The notes under the pieces are model-generated. The model ran no database searches, had not been told where the DNA came from, and saw only the letters and a program-made list of their open reading frames with translations. A program made the position numbers and the translations under genes. Of a stretch of 45,343 nucleotides of DNA, positions 12,290-23,220 are shown one piece after another (the first letter of the stretch is position 1; each line of letters opens with the position of its first letter). Origin of the DNA: Octopus bimaculoides (taxonomy: Eukaryota). The stretch spans positions 120,461,001-120,506,343 of the forward strand of contig NC_068982.1 in the NCBI RefSeq assembly GCF_001194135.2, written 5' to 3'.

Positions 12290-12500
12290 TTACTTGTTTC
12301 AGTCATTTGACTGCATCCATGCAGGGGCACTGCTTTGAAGGGTTTTAGTTGAACAAATTAACCCCAGGACTTGTTTTTTTAAGCCTAGTAGTACGTATTC
12401 TATCAGTGCCTTTTGCCAAATTGCTAAGTTACAGGGATGTAAACACACCAATAATGGATGTCAAGTGGTGATAGGGAGACAAACACACATACACACACGA
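12290..12500 (-). mobile_element. 3' half of the SINE family seen at 41341-41730
   Basis: TTTTACTTGTTTCAGTCATTTGACTGC..CCATGC..GGGCAC and GTAAACACACCAA match the reverse complement of that family's tail. Confidence 0.7.
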
Positions 12501-12639
12501 TGAAAACATCTTTCCTCAGTCTGTATTCACCTACAAACTACCTGAGTAGTTTACTTTATACTTAATGGTTAATCACAAACTTCACATTTATGCATAAAAT
12601 TTTATATATTTTTTGACCATTAGAAGTCATTAATTCACA

Positions 12640-13701
12640 AAGGTAGAAATCAGGCAGTAGTGGCCAATGGAGCCACCTCAAAGAAAACACAAATAGTGAG
12701 TGGTGTTCCACAGAGCACTGCTTTGGGACCACTGCTTTTCATAGTGGCTCTCTCAGATATGCCCTCAGCTTCTTAGATAGCCTCCCTTGCTAGCTACGCA
12801 GACAATACAAAAGTCTTACAGAAAATACAGAACCCCAGCGATTTTGCACACTTGCAGCAGGAGTTGGACTCAATTTATAGATAAGCTGACAATAATATAC
12901 AGTTTAATGCTGAAAAATTCCAAGCCCTGTGCTACCAGCATCCAAAACTGAATATAAAACTTACAGGATACACTAGCCCATGGGATTACAATCCCAGAGC
13001 CTAAATCAGTGCAGGACCTGGGTACTGACATGAGTGATGAAACATCTTTCCAAGTGCACATTACCAGGATGGCGACAAAGTGCAGACAACTGGTTGGATG
13101 GATCCTGAGAACATTCAGAACCAGAGATAAGGAAACCATGATGCTCTGGAGGACATTCATCCTCAGCCGCCTAGCTTATTGCTCCCAGCTATGGTCACTC
13201 AACAGTATAAAATTAAAAGCAGGCCTTGAAGCAATCTAGCAAAGCTTCACAAAGAAGATTGTCTCATTGCAACAGCTCAGCTATTGGGATAGGCTGAAAG
13301 AGCTAAAACTTTACTCCCTGGAGTGAAGGTGGAAGAGATATACAGTAATATGCATTTGGAAGATCCTGGAAGGAACTGTGCCAAATTTTGGCATTGAAAG
13401 CTACACAAATGCCAGAATGGGTCACCACTGCACAGTGCCAAAGATCCCAGCAATGCCATCATGCTCCAGGACCAGTTACTGCAACAGCTTGGATTTCAGG
13501 GGCCCACAGCTTTTTAATATTCTCCCAAAGAGCCTGAGGGACCTACACAAAGTGGATATAGGTGTTTTCAAATCAAAACTGAATATCTTCCTGTTGAAAG
13601 TCCCAGATAAACCTACCTCATGGCAGGAGGTGCAAATGAGGGTAGCGACATCAAGCTCCCTTATTCACCAAATGCCACATATTAGAGGAGGCTTTCAATA
13701 A
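12640..13701 (+). mobile_element. CR1-like LINE ORF2 remnant (RT C-terminal half)
   Basis: Translation gives VSGVPQSTALGPLLF, YADNTK, YCSQLWS, RLKELKLYSLE and FKSKLNIFLLKVPDKP, with several stops and frameshifts. Confidence 0.88.
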
Positions 13702-13993
13702 TAACAGTGTAGCAAAACAGCAGTTTCCCAGCATGGCCATAGCTTTGAGCTGAAACTGATAAAAAAAAAAAAGCTCACAAAAGATTTTCCTAATACATTA
13801 GNNNNNNNNNNGCTGAAACTGATAAAAAAAAAAAAAGCTCACAAAAGATTTTCCTAATACATTAGTGAAAGGGACACTTTTATATTTGTAAATTACAAGA
13901 TGAGAATTCAAAGAGAATCAATTTTAACCTGGCAAATGTTCAGTAATGATTGTCAGTCACTACACAATAAGAAAAGACATACAAGAGGATGTC

Positions 13994-15685
13994 TCACATT
14001 TTACAGTTTAAGAGATTTTCTTCTAGCGTGTACTCTTTTCCAATTATTTCACAGCGATAGAGTTTTTCTCCAGAGTGGATGCGTTCATGACGTTTTAAAT
14101 CACCATTACTGACAAAAGATTTCCCACAAACTTCACAGCAATATGGTTTTTCGCCTGTGTGTCTACGTTTATGTATTATAAACTTCGAATTTTGAAGGAA
14201 AGATTTCCCACAGACCTCACAATGAAATAGGTTTACTCCAGTATGTATTCTTTTGTGTGTTGTTAAATGACCATTAGAAACAAAAGATTTCTCACATATC
14301 TCACAGTGGTAAGGTTTTTCTCCGGTATGACTACGTTTGTGAATTACAAGACTAGAATTGTCAATGAAAGATTTTCCACAGATTTCACAGTGAAATGGGT
14401 TTTCTCCAGTGTGTATTCTTTTGTGAACAACAAGACTTGAATAAACAGAGAATGATTCTCCACATACCTTACAGTAATAGGGTTTCTCTCCAGTGTGTGC
14501 TCGTTTGTGAATAACAACATTTGCATTATAAGTAAAAGATTTTCCACATATATCACATTGATACGGTTTTTCTCCAGTGTGCACTCTTTTGTGTGTTTTT
14601 AAATTGCTGTTGGAAACAAATGATTTTTCACATATTTCACAGTGATAGGGTTTTTCTCCTGTGTGGCTCCGCTTGTGGATTGTAAGTCCAGAACTTTTAG
14701 TAAATGATGTCCCACATATGTCACAGCGAAAAGGGCTTTCTCCAGTGTGTATTCTGTTGTGAATTGTTAAATTACTGTTAGAGATAAATGTTTTCCCACA
14801 TATTACACAACAATATGGTTTTTCTCCGGTGTGACTACGCTTGTGAACCGTAAGCCTAGAGCTGTTAATAAAATCTCCTCCACATACATCACAGTGAAAT
14901 GGTTTCTCCCCAGTGTGTATTCTTTTGTGTACTGTTAAATTACCACTTGAGACAAAGGATTTTCCACATATTTCACAGTAAAATGGTTTTTCTCCAGTGT
15001 GACTACGTTTGTGGACTGTAAGACTAACATTATCAATGAAACCTATCCCACATATGTCACAGCAAAACAGATTTTCTCCTGTATGTATTCTTTTATGTGT
15101 TGTTAACTGGCCATTGGAGACAAACGTTTTTCCACATATTTCACAATTATATGGTTTTTCTCCAGTGTGCATTCTTCTGTGGATTGTTAAATCACTATTG
15201 GTAGCAAAGGACTTCCCACATATTTCACAATGGTGTCGTTTTACCACAGTGTGTACTTTTTTGTGGAGAGTAAGTTTAGCTTTATGAATGAAAACTTTCT
15301 CCCTAGTGTGTATTAAGTTATGTGTTTTTAAGTGAACTTTAGTTTTAAAGTATTTTCCACATATTTCACAATTATAGGCTTTACCTGTCGTATGTTCATG
15401 TAAGTGGATAACAAGATGAGATTTCTGAGTGAAAGATTTCGCACATATTTCACAGTGATAGAGTTTCTCCTTGTGTATTTTTTTGTGTACAAAGACCTCA
15501 TGTTTAGAAAAGAATGTTTTCCAACAAATATTACAGCGATATTCAGTTATCTTTCTCTGCACTGATCTTTGATTAGAAATTGATTCATTAAGCAAGGGTT
15601 TCTCTCCATTGTATGCCTTTGAAGCTGAATCGTTATTGTTAAAAGCAGTTGCATTACTAGTGTCAGAGTGATCAACATCCTCCAT
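13994..15685 (-). CDS. Tandem C2H2 zinc-finger protein, 563 aa: 17 intact fingers, one internal half-finger, one degenerate terminal finger; no KRAB/SCAN/BTB/ZAD domain visible
   Basis: Uninterrupted ORF with repeated (Y/F)xCxxCGKxFx5Lx2Hx3H and TGEKP linkers, preceded by a short N/S-rich N-terminus. An in-frame stop lies upstream of the ATG after the predicted 5'-UTR splice. Confidence 0.97.
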   Translation of the reverse strand: MEDVDHSDTSNATAFNNNDSASKAYNGEKPLLNESISNQRSVQRKITEYRCNICWKTFFSKHEVFVHKKIHKEKLYHCEICAKSFTQKSHLVIHLHEHTTGKAYNCEICGKYFKTKVHLKTHNLIHTREKVFIHKAKLTLHKKVHTVVKRHHCEICGKSFATNSDLTIHRRMHTGEKPYNCEICGKTFVSNGQLTTHKRIHTGENLFCCDICGIGFIDNVSLTVHKRSHTGEKPFYCEICGKSFVSSGNLTVHKRIHTGEKPFHCDVCGGDFINSSRLTVHKRSHTGEKPYCCVICGKTFISNSNLTIHNRIHTGESPFRCDICGTSFTKSSGLTIHKRSHTGEKPYHCEICEKSFVSNSNLKTHKRVHTGEKPYQCDICGKSFTYNANVVIHKRAHTGEKPYYCKVCGESFSVYSSLVVHKRIHTGENPFHCEICGKSFIDNSSLVIHKRSHTGEKPYHCEICEKSFVSNGHLTTHKRIHTGVNLFHCEVCGKSFLQNSKFIIHKRRHTGEKPYCCEVCGKSFVSNGDLKRHERIHSGEKLYRCEIIGKEYTLEENLLNCKM

Positions 15686-15689
15686 ATTA

Positions 15690-15818
15690 CTTGGATAATT
15701 AGTAAAAATGATAAATGATTAGAATAAATCTATTGTGGTTCAATTTCGTGTCTTTGATATTATGGAACTCTATTTACATTTGAGGAAATTGTACAATGTT
15801 GATATATTTTCTACTTAC
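15690..15818 (-). other. Predicted 129-nt intron in the ZNF 5' UTR
   Basis: Donor TG|GTAAGT, branch-like TACTAAT, and acceptor TATCCAAG| four nt before the ATG. Confidence 0.55.
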
Positions 15819-17039
15819 CACTAGAATACTTGCGTCTGAGTTCTTCCCATATTTTTGTAAATAAAGTGGTTTTTATTTTCATGCTTAGAATTGTGCTCCA
15901 TGGATACTATGGAACTTACAACAGAACATTCATAACGGCATGTAACAGACATTCTGATGAAATTCAGATTCTTTTAGTACAAGTTGTGAGGCTGAACGAT
16001 CACTTAGTAAAACGGCAAAACAAGATATGCTGGTGTAAGGCGATGTATGTGAAAGAAAATGCACGCGCGCGCGCATATATGTACACACACATACATGCAT
16101 GTAATGCTAATTTATAAGAATAACGTACATAACAATTAAAGATGTGTGTGTATGTGTGCGTGTATATATATTGTATGTGTGTAGTCCTAATAAATTAGGA
16201 TTAATCAGCACTGATAGCAGCGCACTATAATACGTTTCCCATTCAAAAATCAGGTTAATAGTCAAGGTCTCAAAACACACTAATTGTTATTTAGTTTGTT
16301 ATTAACATTCATTTGTCATGTTTTGTAAAACAGGAGTACAGCCAATATGCTGTAAATATAATCACAAAACGTTCACTCGAGTCAACATGATACAATTCTA
16401 AATATTAGCGATCACCTCAACGCAATATTATCAACTTTAACGTCGTTCACCTTAAATGTGATATGATTATGAACATTAAAGTTCACCCTAAATATGACTT
16501 AATTATTAACATTACCTTTCATTTCAAACATAATATAATTATATAAGTTAACGTCCAACCTATAGTATTAACGGTGTCATTTACAATTTATTCCACCATT
16601 TGAATGATACCGGTGTAATAAGTTAAAGATCCCTAACATAATTTAATACTTTTAGAACATCTCTCTAATTGTACTCAGTTTGTTTCATTCAGCAAAATAA
16701 CTATTACATATCAGAGAGGAAGACACTATGCTGCTGTTCGTCCTAACAGAAATAACAACCAAATACCTCAGAAATCACACCCTACTGTCCCAAGAAAGAT
16801 GACAACAATTATAGTATTTTATATTAAGAAAAAAAAAAGGATGGTCACGGCTGGAACGAGTTTGATGATAGATGGTTAATATTTCATTCAAGACAAATAA
16901 TCAAGAGAAAAAAGGAATAAAAAATATAACAAAAAATACGAAAAACTCCACATAATATCTTGGAAATTGTCAAATATGCTTATATTTAAGTTTTAAGGAA
17001 AATGCGTGATATATATGTAGTGGTGATTCGAAGCCTAAC

Positions 17040-17110
17040 CGCTAAGTACTTGGTCCGACACTACGAGCGAACCGCCATAGCTTCACGTGACCAATCATTG
17101 TGAGGTTGCG
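17040..17110 (-). promoter_or_regulatory. Candidate core promoter of the ZNF gene
   Basis: Adjacent CCAAT box (17091-17095), E-box TCACGTGA (17083-17090) and YY1-like ATGGCG on the minus strand (17073-17078), within a CpG-rich stretch. Confidence 0.55.
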
Positions 17111-17810
17111 GCGTGATATGGTTTTCTTGAATGTTCTTCTTGTACTTTATAAAGAACCGCTAATGGCAGAGTGTTTGTTGAAGGTGGCTGAGCAACACAC
17201 GTTATCTTTCTTACAGTTGATATTGGCGCAGAATAACTCCAGGTTCTCGGACAGGCCAAGTCTGACATAATATCTCATAAGTAAAGTCTTCGGACTCATC
17301 ACAGTTTCCCTCTCTATCCCAGTCGACAATGATTTATATTGCTCATTGTAAATAACCGACACCAAATATCGTTCTATTTGGCAATAAATATTACTGTTAA
17401 ATGTTCGCTTCATTTATTATTTACGCAGCCAACGAAATATATCGTCATTGACCAGCTCAACGCGACAAACGGGGTACAGACAAAAGGCCTATAGGAAAGT
17501 GGGTTATACATCATTAGATGTACACCACTTTCCTATATAATATTAAGAAATTAACGGAACGCTGAACTCCAGACTATCAACTTAAACAACATTTATTCAG
17601 GTGGTAAATATATACATCTTTAGCCCTTGTTTGTTGTTACAGCTTCTGTGTGTGTGAGCATTGTTGTTGGGACGTTGGAATGTGGATGTAAGCGAGCTGT
17701 CGAGCGTAAGTCCGAAAGATGAAGAGAGACAACTAAACACGTCCATGCTCAATCGCTGGCCAGCAAGAAAGAGACAGCTCAAAGCGGGAAAGCTTGGTAT
17801 GTTGAATTCC

Positions 17811-17836
17811 ACGCATGCGTGAGACTACGCATGCGC
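17811..17836. promoter_or_regulatory. Two NRF1/Ewg-like palindromes
   Basis: ACGCATGCGT (17811-17820) and ACGCATGCGC (17827-17836) resemble the YGCGCAYGCGCR consensus. Confidence 0.5.
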
Positions 17837-17857
17837 ACGGCGTTACTACAGGCCCTA

Positions 17858-18910
17858 GGACAAAAGCCCCATAATTAAAGTGAGAAAGTGGACAGAAGCC
17901 CCATGGTTATATATTTTCGGTATTTTTTTATTTGTTTTTTCTTTTCATTTTCCACTTGGTTCAGTCATTAGGCTGTGGCCATGCTGGGGCACCACCTTGG
18001 ATTTTTAGATGGCTGTATGGAACTCAGAATTTTTTTAAAACCTGATCAAAATCACTTCTGTCATTTCGTTTTTTTTTTTTTTTCCTTTTTTTCCTTGTTC
18101 CAGTCATTAGACTGCAGCTATGCTGGGACACCACCTCGAGGAATTTTTGGACGAATGTATCGACCCCAGAATTTCTTTTAATGATTTTCAACCAGCGCAT
18201 GAAATAAAGTCTAGAAGGTCTCTCTACATGCTAAAAGTAACAGTCAAATATCTTAAAAATTTTTTATAACCCCACCTCCTCGGTTAAATTTTTTGGTTAT
18301 TCTTCGTTTTTGTTTTTTTTTTTCTAAAAATCTTTTTACTTGTTTCAGTCATTGGAGTGCGGTCATGCTGGGGCACCGCCTTGAGGAATTTTTAGTCGAA
18401 TGTATCGACCCCAGAATCTTTTTTAGGTGATTTTCAACCAGTACATGAAGTTATGCCGATAAGGTCTCTCCACATGGTAGAAATAACAGCCAAATCTTTA
18501 AAAGTTTTCTTTATAGAATTTCACGTAAGAAAAAACGGAAATCGCGGTTGCAACAACAACAAAAAATCATTTTTAAAAATTCCTATTTTTAACTAAACAA
18601 AATATATTCAATCGAAATTAAATAAGTAGAATAGAATAACAGAGCACACTTCAAGGAATGTGTAGAAACTTAAAACCTACATAGAAGCAATCGAGTATAT
18701 ACGTACATAAAATGCATACACATAAACACATACTCACACCTTTGTCATTTATTTATAAGCATTTTTTTTTTTGTCAAAAAAGGTATGTCTGAGAACCGTG
18801 AGGCTTTTGTCCACTTTCATACTTTAACTATGGGGCTTTTGTCCGAGGAGGCTTTTGTCATGGGGTGCTTTTGCCCAAGAAGACTTTTGTCTTAGAGGGC
18901 TTCTGTCTTG
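17858..18910. mobile_element. Non-autonomous foldback-type DNA transposon (possibly Mutator/Phantom-like) with three internal SINE 3' tails
   Basis: 51-bp inverted repeats at 17858-17908 and 18794-18844 (45/51 identical) are built on GGACAAAAGCC. Four further subrepeats extend the right end to about 18910. The interior has three direct copies of a reversed SINE tail. No TSD was found. Confidence 0.72.
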
Positions 18911-18997
18911 CACGCGCGACAAACAACCAGCGACATACGTAATTTTAAATGCTGAAATATTAGCATTAGATGTTTTAGAAATCCTCAGATGATTTAA

Positions 18998-19224
18998 AAA
19001 CCCATTAATGCATAGCGTCCAGAAAAATGAACGCAGGAAAAATTACTATTGCTTGTTAAGTAAACTACCTATTAAACTTATTTTTGGTATAGTCTGCCTC
19101 TAAACTAGTGCTCTATGAGCGAGCAGGCGCTGGGCACAAACAAACCAACTATACACACGTGCGAAACAAGTAATAGTAATTTTCCTTGCGTCAATTTTTC
19201 TGGACGCTATGCATTAATGGGTTT
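18998..19224. mobile_element. MITE, 227 bp, piggyBac-like CCC...GGG termini
   Basis: 59-bp TIRs at 18998-19056 and 19166-19224 (54/59 identical). The TTAA TSD is not intact. Confidence 0.85.
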
Positions 19225-19489
19225 CCACATTGGTATTAATAAAAGATACTGAGAAAGGACAATACAATAAGATGAGAGTTTCTGAAACAACTAAATTTCT
19301 AATGATACCAGGAAGTTGACAGGTAGAGACTTTCGTAGGAATTTATGACAGAAACACGACTGCCATAATATCCAGATACTGTGCAAATGACTAGTGTATA
19401 TAATTTTGTGAAGGTATTTAGTTATCATTTCAGGCAATCTACATCCGTGGCCCAACCCAGAGTAAGACAGCGTCACTAAAATCTTATCA

Positions 19490-20700
19490 AATAAAACCGC
19501 CATAGACAAAGGCCATCAGATGGCGAGATGAGTGGAATATTATATTGAACTTTACTCCTTAAAACGAGCATCTAACTCAGCACACCAGACGGTGTGAATT
19601 TTATCGTAGTGGAATTGGATGCGTTACCGACTGCAGAAAAAATAAAGCCATCGATAATCTGCCCATTGCAAGACACGAGGACTGGATAGAATTTTCAGAG
19701 AGGTCATTAGAAGTGTGAAGGGAATCTTGTTAAACCACCTACAAAGAAATTTGCATCAGTGTCAGAAAGAAAGAGCAGTGCCGCATAATATGAGAGGCTG
19801 TAATATTGTTACCCTGTATAAGAACAAAAAGAAGAGAGGCGACTGTAACAACTACAGAAGAATCTTTCTGCAGATCAGATCGAAAGCTGTTTAATCTATA
19901 GTGTCTGAGGGTAAAAACATTTATACGTGAAGTACTCATCAAGGACATAGTGTTCGCAGACAAGTTAGCACTTGCAACATACTGCGAGGATCAATTGCAA
20001 CTTCTCCAGGACTGTTGTCAAGAGCCTGTCTAGCGTTGAGCAATCCCTTGCTAATACCTTCAACAGCTGCGAGTTAATGGTAGTTTACGAGCTCACATGT
20101 ATTCGATACTTCAAAACGGAAGGTTTTCCGTACATTCTGAGATGACAAACGGAGCGGAGGAACAGCCTCAGTATTCGACGGTCTAACAAAGAGAGTCTGG
20201 GAGAATAACAAGCAAACGAAGCACTCTTCCAATTTTGCAGACTCGATGTTAAGTGAACTGACTGAGTTATCAGCAATGAGGTTATGGCCACTCCCAGATA
20301 CGAAACCTCTTTATTTTCTTTCAACCATGACCTCTCCGCTACATAGGTCACGTAAGCCACAGAAGGTGTAAGGATTCTCCAAGACCTGCTGAGCTAGTTT
20401 CCGCAAGAAAACACATGGATAACTCTTTCCTTTCGTTTAAAAAAATGTCTGTAAGTGACATGAAGTCACTGAATATGAATCGAAAGTTAGGAGGACATTA
20501 CAAATTGATTACTGTTACTGGAGGCTGGAACAAGGCAGGGGTTTGAAAGAGGGGAGAAGCCCAGGCACTCTACTCAAACGAAAAGCGTACTTGTGAAAAC
20601 GGCAACGAGACAATCCTGGCAGAAAACACTTCCAAATGCAATGGCTGCAGCTGAAATTGCCACTTTGGCGTAGGTCTGTACAGTCGGAGCAGACATTATG
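19490..20700 (+). mobile_element. Old, internally deleted RTE-1-like LINE remnant
   Basis: Fragments translate as IELYS, ELDALPT, IREVLIKDIVFADKLALATYCEDQLQ (LFADD region) and VFDGLTKRVWEN, with an RTE-like 3' end GVGLYS. Many stops and frameshifts. Confidence 0.68.
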
Positions 20701-21444
20701 TTGCTAACATAGGCTGAAGCAAGATTTTCCCAGGTTTAGACTTACCGTCTTGTGATTTGGTAACTCTTGTCTAGATATTTTTTTTAATTCCATATAAAAT
20801 TCACAGATTATAAATGTGTCTGGAAGTTGGGAACCTTTTTAGCACTTCTAACGATGCCAAGTAAGATTCCACGTTGCTGCCAGTTTATCTGTTGTGTTAT
20901 TATAGTTGTTAGTGTAGGTTGTGGGTTCATGGCATTTTCTGAAAAGCGTTCCCCTACCCGAGGATCACCTAGTGCTTTTTCTTAATTTGGTGGCATGTTG
21001 CATTGTTTGCACTTCAACCTATTCATATAAGCTTGTAAATCCGGGTGGAAGTGGACATAGTAGACTCAGCTACAGCATAACAGTTGTTATTCTTCCGTTG
21101 GTGTTCCCTAGCATAGTTTTTAGAAATTATAAGGTTTTTAGAAATTATTAGATTCTCTTGGTGTTCCCTAACATAGTTTTTAGAAACTATGAGGATATTT
21201 TGTGTTGAGTGTGGAGGAAGAATAAAGATCTTTGGGTGGTATTGTAGTGAGACTTTTAGAGATATATGTTCATATAGAAACAGTAACTCGATATGTATTC
21301 TTGTTGCATTCTTATTGTGTATTGTTTGTGTCTTTGTTGAGAATGCGAGTGTCAGTTGTTCTTGTGTGTGAGTGTTTGTTTGTGTGGGAGTATTTGTAAG
21401 TATTTGTGCGTGTAACCTGTTTCATGTATGTTTGTCCATCGGTT

Positions 21445-21665
21445 TATGTATGTATGTATGTATGTATGTATGTATGTATTTTCTCTTCTATTTTTAATTA
21501 CTCTAAGCCTTCCTGCTAGGAAGTAGCTAGTTTCTAATAAAGATACACAGCTTAAGCGTTGGAATGTAGGTGGCAATACCTATGTATGTATGTATGTATG
21601 TATGTATGTATGTATGTATGTATACATGCATGCATACATGCGTGCGCGCGCGCGTGTGTGTGTAT
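21445..21665. repeat. Two (TATG)n arrays with a CG/TG dinucleotide tail
   Basis: Direct reading: arrays at about 21445-21478 and 21580-21622. Confidence 0.9.
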
Positions 21666-22221
21666 GCGTGCGTGCTTGTGGTGTGTATGTGTGTGTTATA
21701 ATCAATCCGCGAAGAAGTAATGATTTCTTCTGCGTGGGCATTTAGAATATAAATTGATAAAAATCACTTTAAACGAGTAAACTAATGAGGTAAAGAGGGA
21801 AAAGCAAATAATTAATACATGTAGTCAAAGAAGCTAAACACGTGACTGGAAAAGCATAGTTCCAGCCTCCAGTGATAACGGTCGCATGCAGTGTCCTCTT
21901 ACCGCTCAATTCATATTCAGTGACTTCATGTCTCTTACACATATTTTTGAAACAAAAGATATGATCATCCATGTGTTTTCTTGCTGGAGATTAGTTTAGC
22001 AGATCTTTAGGGATCCTCAAAACGCAAGAAGTGTACAATGAAAATTAATTCATCAATGGAAGATACAGAAAGGAATATAATGTTTCGGGTGAAATTCTTT
22101 ATTGAAGAGAGAAGATTCAGTGATTATTTAGTAGGAAGCTTTTCTTTGCCGTGGAAAGGTCACGTAGTTTACAACCGCTCTTGCTTCGTATCACCGTACT
22201 GATACCAGTTTAATCAATAAA

Positions 22222-23220
22222 CTAGTGGGACCGTGTAAATTCCACGGAATGAAAAAAATAAGCGGACCTATTTAAGACAGAAAGGATGACTTACATTTTT
22301 ATAGTATTCTTAGTTTAGCTTTCTTTGAATATACTTGACGTTCGTCTACATTCATTTTCTCACGTTTCCGTCGGTGTAGTCTTTCTCTTTTTATATCTTC
22401 TCGCTGTTCCTCTCTGATCTATGCTTCATATCTGCACATTCTTTCTCGAGCAGCTTGCAACCGTGTTTCTTATGAATTCATAGTTTAGGCTAAATTAACT
22501 CTTATAAACAAATATCAGTTTTCAAGCGAGTAGACGATAAAAAAATTGCACTTATGCACATGCGTTAAGCGATGGTCACAATAAAAAAAAACTTTTCACT
22601 ATCAATACACCATCACCATCATCACTATAATTTTCAGTAACAAAGCTTATTTCATTTCATTTCAGTTGTTTGTTTATATCTACTTTTTCTTGCTGTCGAT
22701 GTATCTCTACTCTGATAATACAAACGCTTTCTGCCCCACTCTCGCTCGCACAATATAACTGCCTTCTTTCCTCCCTATGTGCTTTTCTCTAACCCGACCA
22801 CCAGAACGTCATCCTCAGCTAAATATTGTATCCTAAGCATATCTCTTTCTTTTTACCTTTCCCTTCAGCTAACTTTTTAATCACATAATAACTATTCCTT
22901 CCTCACCGCACCGCACGTCGTTCTCTCTCTTTTTCTTTCAGCCTATTTCTTTCTCTCTCTCTTTTCTCTCACCGTCTTTTTCTCTTGCTCTTCGCCTCTT
23001 CGTTCAGCTAACCACGTGATGCATTTGATCTTAGTGTATTAATATTATGCACCTTTCTTCCTCTCTTCTTTTTCTCTACTCTTTCTCTTACTTCTCCCTC
23101 TCTCTTTTTCACTATTACTCAACCGCTCATTCACCCTACCACTCACTCACTCACTCCATTAACACCTCGCTAATTAATTAAAGTATAAAGGGCGAACGAA
23201 TAAGCAGAATTATATATAGA
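22222..23220 (-). mobile_element. Apparently complete 999-bp non-autonomous Helitron
   Basis: On the minus strand the 5' end is A|TCTATATATA and the 3' end is hairpin CCGTG-GAATTTA-CACGG followed by TCCCA-CTAG|T. It sits between A and T with no TSD. Confidence 0.7.

Noticed and set aside
13750-13864. About 52-bp direct repeat flanking the 10-N gap (likewise about 43 bp around 25319-25328)
   Set aside because: This is the typical overlap of unmerged contig ends in scaffolding, not a biological repeat or TSD.
14344-15287. Short alternative-frame and antisense ORFs inside the ZNF gene
   Set aside because: They are by-products of the periodic finger codons.
20990-21060. Minus-strand RLKCKQCN...GERFSE, reminiscent of a Penelope GIY-YIG nuclease
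   Set aside because: The GIY and YIG motifs are missing and stops intervene, so the evidence is insufficient.
22795-22820. CTGAGGA-T-GAC...GTC on the minus strand, resembling a hammerhead core
   Set aside because: There is no GAAA after stem II and no stem I or III.
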